DNA of 32,000 nucleotides from Ignicoccus pacificus DSM 13166 (GTDB taxonomy: Archaea > Thermoproteota > Thermoprotei_A > Sulfolobales > Ignicoccaceae), in the NCBI GenBank assembly GCA_025340205.1, contig CP006868.1:1470001-1502000 (forward strand), in the 5' to 3' direction. Below, piece after piece: positions 27,013 through 32,000 of the stretch (its first letter is position 1; each line of letters starts with the position of its first letter). Below the pieces are notes generated by a model. It saw nothing but the letters and a program-made list of their open reading frames with translations, searched no databases and was not told the DNA's origin. Position numbers and translations under genes: made by a program.

Positions 27013-27526
27013 TGTCGATCTCCCTTATCCTAATTACTGGACCGACTATTGCCTTAGAGCCGGGCGCCCTAAACACCAGCTCGAAGCCCCTTTCCCCTCT
27101 TTCCAAGCTGGCCTTCAAGTCGCTCTCGCCTTCGCAGAAGGGTATCGAAAGTATCTCCGAGAGCCTTTGGAGCACCTCTTGAGCTTTTTCGTCGAGGACC
27201 TCCTTTTCTAAACATAAACTCTTGACGTTGTAGACCCTCCTCTTGGTCTCCGAGCTCAAACTCACTCCCTTAAGCCTTATGGTGCCTCTCTTCACCAGTT
27301 CTGCGTTTTCTACATCGTATACTTCTATGAATGAGGGGTTTCCGTACCTCTCTCCCACTATTAAGACCTTGTCCGCTCCCATGTCAGCAGCTATCGCTCC
27401 TAGCAAGTCTAGGCTGAGCTTTCCCCTGCTTACCTTTTCTGAGTTGGGCAAAACGCTGGCTAGGTCCTTAACGAAGGTCCTGGTCCTTTGAGAAGGGGAA
27501 TGGGTCGTCGTTATTAGATACTTCAA
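26996..27526 (-). CDS. Brix-domain protein (archaeal Imp4-like ribosome biogenesis factor)
   Basis: ITTTHSPSQRTRTFVKDLASVLPNSEKVSRGKLSLDLLGAIAADMGADKVLIVGERYGNPSFI. Confidence 0.88.
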   Translation of the reverse strand: MKYLITTTHSPSQRTRTFVKDLASVLPNSEKVSRGKLSLDLLGAIAADMGADKVLIVGERYGNPSFIEVYDVENAELVKRGTIRLKGVSLSSETKRRVYNVKSLCLEKEVLDEKAQEVLQRLSEILSIPFCEGESDLKASLERGERGFELVFRAPGSKAIVGPVIRIREIDIEGEG

Positions 27527-27532
27527 AAAGTC

Positions 27533-27802
27533 TTACCTCCTCCTTATCCTCTCAGGCTTGGCGGAGTAGGCCTTGTTCAAACCGGAGACGGGCACGTAAG
27601 CCGCTCCGGCGAACACCGCTCCGCACTTCTTGCACTTCCACAGACCCACGCTTATCCTTACCACGTATCCCTTGATTCCACACCTAGGGCAAGTGTGAGG
27701 GGCGTATCTAGCTTCCATTATCTGCTTCCATCTCTTCCTTAGAGTAGAACCGTATCTGGGTCCGAACCTTCCTGCTATTCCCACTACCTTCTTCCTTGCC
27801 AT
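27533..27802 (-). CDS. rpl37ae: 50S ribosomal protein eL43 (L37Ae)
   Basis: GIAGRFGPRYGSTLRKRWKQI, zinc finger CPRC...CKKC; start ATG 27802 (track start 27967 too early). Confidence 0.96.
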   Translation of the reverse strand: MARKKVVGIAGRFGPRYGSTLRKRWKQIMEARYAPHTCPRCGIKGYVVRISVGLWKCKKCGAVFAGAAYVPVSGLNKAYSAKPERIRRR

Positions 27803-28596
27803 GCTTCGATCCCCGGTAAGGGCAAACGGCCCAGTATAATAAAGGGTGCTTGAGGGAGCGTGGAGAGAGGCGGAGGAATGGGTATCTCCACGAGCCTTGC
27901 CTCCTCCCCGCAGTTCAGCGCTACCCATAGGCCGTAGTAGTTCCAGCCGATCGAGTTTGGAGCGCACTTGAAGCTCTTCTTCAACACCAACTTACCACTC
28001 GAGTCGTACACCCTAAGCTCCTTTCCGAGGAAGGCCACCTTATCGCAATAGGGAGAAAAGGCGGTGTCAAAGGAACTGAAGTCCTTAACCCGCACAATGT
28101 TATTTCCCTCGAGTAGATATGATTTCTCCGAGGAGACTGAGAGCATTTTGTTACAAGAAGCCAAAGCCTTAGCCTTAATGGGTATTATGACCCTCGTCGA
28201 GCTCAGGGATACTACACCATTAGGAGTTGGCACCAGTACCCTTCCTTCGTAGGCTACCGGTCTTCCCAACGCCTTGACCGGCATGCTCTCCACTTCTCCA
28301 GAACACGTGTAGAACCGACAAGAGCTCCCGCAGACCCAAAAGCCGTTCCTCATTAATAGCAAGTATCCTAACTCGGGGACCTCAAACCTTCTCCTTATAA
28401 GAGTTCCGTCCTCCCAGAAGAGAACAACCGTTCTATTATAGAGTAAGAGAGCGTACCTCCCGCAACAGTAGCTCACGTCGAAGGCTTGAGGGAAGGTCAT
28501 TCCTAGCGGGAGCAGGAGGGAGTTAGGCAAGGATGCCGTGACCAAGGACTGTGTGCCCACCGCTAAGGAATTGATAAAAGCGATTAGGGGTATCAC
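27784..28596 (-). CDS. Hypothetical protein, possibly beta-propeller-like; start could be ATG 28500
   Basis: Open frame packed between the CBS gene and rpl37ae, with repeated short beta-strand/turn patterns (RYALLLYNRTVVLFW, GRVLVPTPNGVVSL, CDKVAFLGKELRVYDSSGKLV). Confidence 0.6.
   Translation of the reverse strand: MIPLIAFINSLAVGTQSLVTASLPNSLLLPLGMTFPQAFDVSYCCGRYALLLYNRTVVLFWEDGTLIRRRFEVPELGYLLLMRNGFWVCGSSCRFYTCSGEVESMPVKALGRPVAYEGRVLVPTPNGVVSLSSTRVIIPIKAKALASCNKMLSVSSEKSYLLEGNNIVRVKDFSSFDTAFSPYCDKVAFLGKELRVYDSSGKLVLKKSFKCAPNSIGWNYYGLWVALNCGEEARLVEIPIPPPLSTLPQAPFIILGRLPLPGIEAWQGRR
27832..27843 (-). promoter_or_regulatory. TATA box for rpl37ae, embedded in the 3' end of the upstream ORF
   Basis: Reverse strand TTTATTATACTG about 30-40 nt upstream of ATG 27802. 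Confidence 0.5.
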
Positions 28597-29552
28597 TCCT
28601 TTACCTCCACCTTCTCCTCCTTCTTAACAGTCTTAACTCCAGTGGGCTTCCTGGGGAGCTTTGCCAAAGCCTTTGCCACGTCCTCCACGAACACCGCTCC
28701 CACGTACTTGTTCTCCTCATCCACTACTGGGAGCACCGGTATCCTTAGCGCGATGAACTTCTCGAGCGCTAAGGTAACTGGGTCTTCAGGCTTTAGATAA
28801 GGCACTCCCCTTAGCATTATGGTCCTAACCTTCGCCGGAACGCTCATGTGCTCTCCTTCCCTATGAATGAACCACCTGTTGGTCTTGACGAACTCCTTAT
28901 AGGTTATGACTCCCCAAACCTTGTCTTCGTCGTTAACCACCACCAAGCCGGGCAGGAAGCGGTTGATGAGGCGGTGCCACGCCTTGTTTATCTTTTCATT
29001 AGCCTTAACCTTGTACTTGTCACCAGTTCTCATTACATCCTTTACCTTTAGAACGGGCTCTCCGGGAAGCTTCTGCTTGATCAGCCTGAGCAAGTCGAAG
29101 TAGTCTACCACTCCTATGAGCTTGCCCTCGTCGTCTATTACTGGGGCCCCTCTCGCCCTCTTGTCCTCTAGCTCGTCCAGCACCTTCAGTAGGTCATCAT
29201 CTGGCTTGAAGAGTGGGAACTCCCTCATGAAATCCATAACACTAAACCTGCTCCTGTGGCTGGTAGGAACTATCAAGTCGAACTGATTGAGGAATCCGTC
29301 GACCCTCTTGTCAAAGGGAGATCTCAGTACCGGGATTACCTCCTCGTCAGTCCTCCTCACTAAGGGCTTGAGGTTTATGAGGAGCTCGTGCTTGTTGGAA
29401 ACGGTTACGGCTGGGGCCCTGGCGGCCTCAAGCACTTGAATGGCCTTTCCTATGGTCAACTCCTCGGGGACTTCCACTGGCTCTATTACCGGCACCTCTA
29501 CCTCTCTAGCTACCTCCTTTGCCTCGACCCTCTCGGGCATGCTATCTCCCAT
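28593..29552 (-). CDS. Multi-CBS-domain protein (up to four CBS motifs)
   Basis: Repeated CBS blocks: GAPVIDDEGKLIGVVDYFDLLRL, PGLVVVNDEDKVWGVITYKEFV, LPVVDEENKYVGAVFVEDV, each preceded by VKDVM/VRTIM-like segments. Confidence 0.9.
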   Translation of the reverse strand: MGDSMPERVEAKEVAREVEVPVIEPVEVPEELTIGKAIQVLEAARAPAVTVSNKHELLINLKPLVRRTDEEVIPVLRSPFDKRVDGFLNQFDLIVPTSHRSRFSVMDFMREFPLFKPDDDLLKVLDELEDKRARGAPVIDDEGKLIGVVDYFDLLRLIKQKLPGEPVLKVKDVMRTGDKYKVKANEKINKAWHRLINRFLPGLVVVNDEDKVWGVITYKEFVKTNRWFIHREGEHMSVPAKVRTIMLRGVPYLKPEDPVTLALEKFIALRIPVLPVVDEENKYVGAVFVEDVAKALAKLPRKPTGVKTVKKEEKVEVKE

Positions 29553-29585
29553 TTACTGGGATGGAATAGCGGTATAATAGGAGGG

Positions 29586-29600
29586 GGTTTCCCGGAAACC
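29586..29600. repeat. Perfect inverted repeat GGTTTCC-C-GGAAACC just upstream of the CBS-gene TATA box
   Basis: Located directly upstream of reverse-strand CTATTATACC (29571-29580), which is ~25 nt before ATG 29552. Confidence 0.5.
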
Positions 29601-29730
29601 TCCCACCCAAGGTCTTCGCCTTTCTCTATAAGGTACGGAGGCTCCTTCTAGCGTCGTCCCAGTAAGGGTGCAAAGAAGTTTGGAGATGTGTTAATCAAAA
29701 ACTACAAGCAATGTCTTCGGTGCTCAGGGC

Positions 29731-31194
29731 TTACTTCTGAACCTCCTCCAATATCAGCTTCCTCAGTACGTCTACTGGGAGGGATCCTTCCTTCAGTAAG
29801 GTCTTGTGGAATTCGTATAAGCTGAACTTCGATCCCAAGTATTCCTTTACTTCCTCCCTCATCTCCTTTATCCTCCTCTTTCCGTATGCATAGGAGAGCT
29901 GGTATCCGGGGCTTAGGGTATACCTAAGCACCTCTGCCTTAGCTGAGTTCTCGTCGAGCATCGCTACCTCCACCAGCTCCTTAACGGCTTCCTCGAAGCT
30001 CATCTTACCGGTGCTCAGCTCAACGTCGACGTATACCCTAACTAGCCTCCATAGCATGTCCTTCTTCACCTGCCATACGTACCTAGGATTGGTCTCAAAG
30101 CCTAGCTCCATCATAAGCTCTTCAGTGTAGTGGGCCCAACCCTCTATGAGGTCTGTAGCGTTGGCGACTATCGGCCTATATCTAGTTGGTAAGTGCAAGG
30201 AAAGCTGCAAGTGGTGACCGGGGTAGGTCTCGTGCACTGCGGTGTTCAGTATGTCGTAGTACTCCCTCTTAGCGGCTCCGGGGGTTACGGAGAGGTATCC
30301 CAAGTTCCTCCACTCGAACGGTGCTGGAGGGAAGTAGGCCGCGTAGGGTATGGTCGGAATTAAGGGCTTAGGAGTGTCTATAGCCTCTAGCTCCTCGTCC
30401 AATGCTAGAGGCGCCACCTTCTTCTCTATTACGAAATTCTTGGCCCTCTTCACCGCTTCCAAGTAAACATCCTTGGCGTTCTCCACCTCTTTGCCTTGTG
30501 GCTCCTCTCCGAGCTCCTCCTTCAGCTTCCTCGCCTCGCTTCTAGCCCAGCTAGCCAAGGATGAGGGCGTCTCTACTATTCCCCTTATCCTCAGCAGCTC
30601 CTCGAAGAGGGTTTCCCCTATGGGCTCGAAGCCCTCCTCCGGCTCCAAGGAATCGAGCCATTTATCGTACTCCGCCAATGATTCCAAGACGTCGTTGGGA
30701 GCGTTCATATCCAGAAGCATTAGCTTTAGACCGTTGAGCTCCGCCCTAGCAAGCTGGACCCATACCTTCTTCGGCTTGCTCAACATCTCCTTACTGTTCT
30801 CGAGCATTCTAGGAATAGCCTTTATTCTAGCCTCCAGAGCCTTCTTCTTGAAGTCCTCGGGAGCGTTCCTGAGTATTGTGGAAATGAGCATTTCGGAGAT
30901 GAGGCCGGGAGCTATGGGGTAACTCTTCCAGTACCTCCAGAATCCTGTGGTTATTTGCATTACCTTGAGGCTTCTAACAGCTTCTTGTATGTCCAGCTCC
31001 AGCTTCTCCTCCTCCCAGGAGCTCAACTCAGACAAGTCCAACTCCAACGTATCCAAGCACTTGCTCATCCACTCACATCCCAATTCAGGATAGAGAAAGT
31101 CATACTCGTGGAGGCCTAGGTAGGTTGCAGTTTGTGGTTCGCAAGAGAACATATCTTGAAGGGTCTTATCTAGGGGATTCAAGGGATCTCCCAA
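29731..31194 (-). CDS. DUF885 family predicted metallopeptidase
   Basis: HETYPGHHLQLSL zinc-binding-like motif, ATDLIEGWAHYTEELMMELGF, LSPGYQLSYAYGKRRI. Confidence 0.85.
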   Translation of the reverse strand: MGDPLNPLDKTLQDMFSCEPQTATYLGLHEYDFLYPELGCEWMSKCLDTLELDLSELSSWEEEKLELDIQEAVRSLKVMQITTGFWRYWKSYPIAPGLISEMLISTILRNAPEDFKKKALEARIKAIPRMLENSKEMLSKPKKVWVQLARAELNGLKLMLLDMNAPNDVLESLAEYDKWLDSLEPEEGFEPIGETLFEELLRIRGIVETPSSLASWARSEARKLKEELGEEPQGKEVENAKDVYLEAVKRAKNFVIEKKVAPLALDEELEAIDTPKPLIPTIPYAAYFPPAPFEWRNLGYLSVTPGAAKREYYDILNTAVHETYPGHHLQLSLHLPTRYRPIVANATDLIEGWAHYTEELMMELGFETNPRYVWQVKKDMLWRLVRVYVDVELSTGKMSFEEAVKELVEVAMLDENSAKAEVLRYTLSPGYQLSYAYGKRRIKEMREEVKEYLGSKFSLYEFHKTLLKEGSLPVDVLRKLILEEVQK

Positions 31195-31345
31195 TAATGG
31201 GTCCTTGGGAATGGTAATAAGATGGAGGCGCTACTCGAGCCGATTTGAGTGACATCATAAGGTAAGCTCCTCACAACTCGAGCTCCAAAAATCAAAGCTC
31301 GCCACTTAAAGGTTCGGTCATCAAGGTCCCAGAGTACAGCCTCGC

Positions 31346-32000
31346 TCATTGCCTCCCCAGGGCTCCGGAGAGCACTTGGGTTATCCTAGCTAGCTCCGGT
31401 CCGGTGGTCTGCTCCCCTACTAAGGCTCCCTTGTTGTTAGCGACTACTCCCATCTTCACGTAGGGAACTCCGTAGTTCACCGTTCCCACGTCTACCGGGA
31501 CCTTGAACTTTTGACTTAGCTCCTCAGCCTCCTCGTCGCTCACCTCTGGGTGCACCAGACCTCCCTTGTCGTTGAACACGGCAGCGGATCCGACGGTGGG
31601 TATCTTAGCTATGGTCCCGGTTTCTGCGGGAACTCCCAAAGCGTTGGATATGGTCTTCTTCAAGCCCTCCATTTCAGGGTGGAGCAAGGCGTAGTGGTCG
31701 TTCGTTAGAACCACGTTCCCTAAAGCGGTAAGCCTCCCCGGTATCACGTGAACCGGGAGGTCTACCTCCTTCTTCAGCTTCTCTATCTCATATTCCTTAG
31801 CTATCGAAGGAACCAGTATAGCGTGGTTGTTACCAGCTATGAACAGACCTAACAAGGAGCTGTCTACTATCTTCATCTCGATTACTCTTACCCTCAAGGT
31901 CTCCTCTACAGTCTTCACTACCTTTTCGGTCTGTCCGGGAGGGATTAGAGCGAAGTCATCGTTGGCGAAGATGTAAACCCCTATGTTGGGGTTCCCAAAA
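31346..32000 (-). CDS. eif6: Translation initiation factor aIF6, N terminus truncated at window edge
   Basis: The frame continues through the window end as FGNPNIGVYIFANDDFALIPPGQTEKVVKTVEETLRVRVIEMKIVDSSLLGLFIAGNNHAILVPS; the track start at 31918 is internal. Confidence 0.94.
   Translation of the reverse strand, partial: FGNPNIGVYIFANDDFALIPPGQTEKVVKTVEETLRVRVIEMKIVDSSLLGLFIAGNNHAILVPSIAKEYEIEKLKKEVDLPVHVIPGRLTALGNVVLTNDHYALLHPEMEGLKKTISNALGVPAETGTIAKIPTVGSAAVFNDKGGLVHPEVSDEEAEELSQKFKVPVDVGTVNYGVPYVKMGVVANNKGALVGEQTTGPELARITQVLSGALGRQ

Noticed and set aside
27243-27491. Plus-strand 82-aa ORF opposite the Brix gene
   Set aside because: Antisense to a convincing Brix-domain frame.
29600-29730. 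Possible C/D box sRNA in the intergenic gap
   Set aside because: No RUGAUGA C box paired with a CUGA D box at suitable spacing was found on either strand.
31346-31918. Idea that eif6 here is an N-terminally shortened gene starting at 31918
   Set aside because: The frame continues upstream with the conserved FGNPNIGVYIFANDDFALIPPG segment to the window edge; the gene is simply cut by the window.
1-32000. Search for CRISPR arrays, transposases, toxin-antitoxin pairs or prophage genes
   Set aside because: No regularly spaced direct repeats, no recognisable recombinase/transposase motifs, no accessory island; the window is housekeeping-type throughout.

Overview
Gene-dense archaeal chromosome, most likely Crenarchaeota/Desulfurococcales-like (Ignicoccus-like is a guess). 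The evidence is split rpoA'/A'', eL30, a NusA-like KH protein, uS12, uS7, Orc1/Cdc6, Pelota, aIF6, KEOPS Pcc1 and prefoldin beta, plus two intron-containing tRNA genes. The window is mostly housekeeping: information processing, a tyrosine/transketolase pair, PRPP synthetase, isocitrate dehydrogenase and two radical SAM/SPASM proteins. I see no mobile element, CRISPR array or defence island. The most noteworthy items are: (1) an unusual single-polypeptide fusion of a thioredoxin domain, a c-type cytochrome domain and a CcdA/DsbD-type membrane domain at 6817-8331(-), with a perfect inverted repeat over its promoter; (2) an orc1/cdc6 gene whose reading frame appears to start at a CTG codon behind a strong Shine-Dalgarno, with an ORB-like element over the promoter; (3) a likely real 51-aa ORF bridging tfs and thpR that the ORF track missed; (4) a 110-nt out-of-frame same-strand overlap between pcc1 and pfdB; (5) interlocked convergent stop codons and breaks in conserved gene order. 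All calls come from reading the sequence. No database search or folding program was run.
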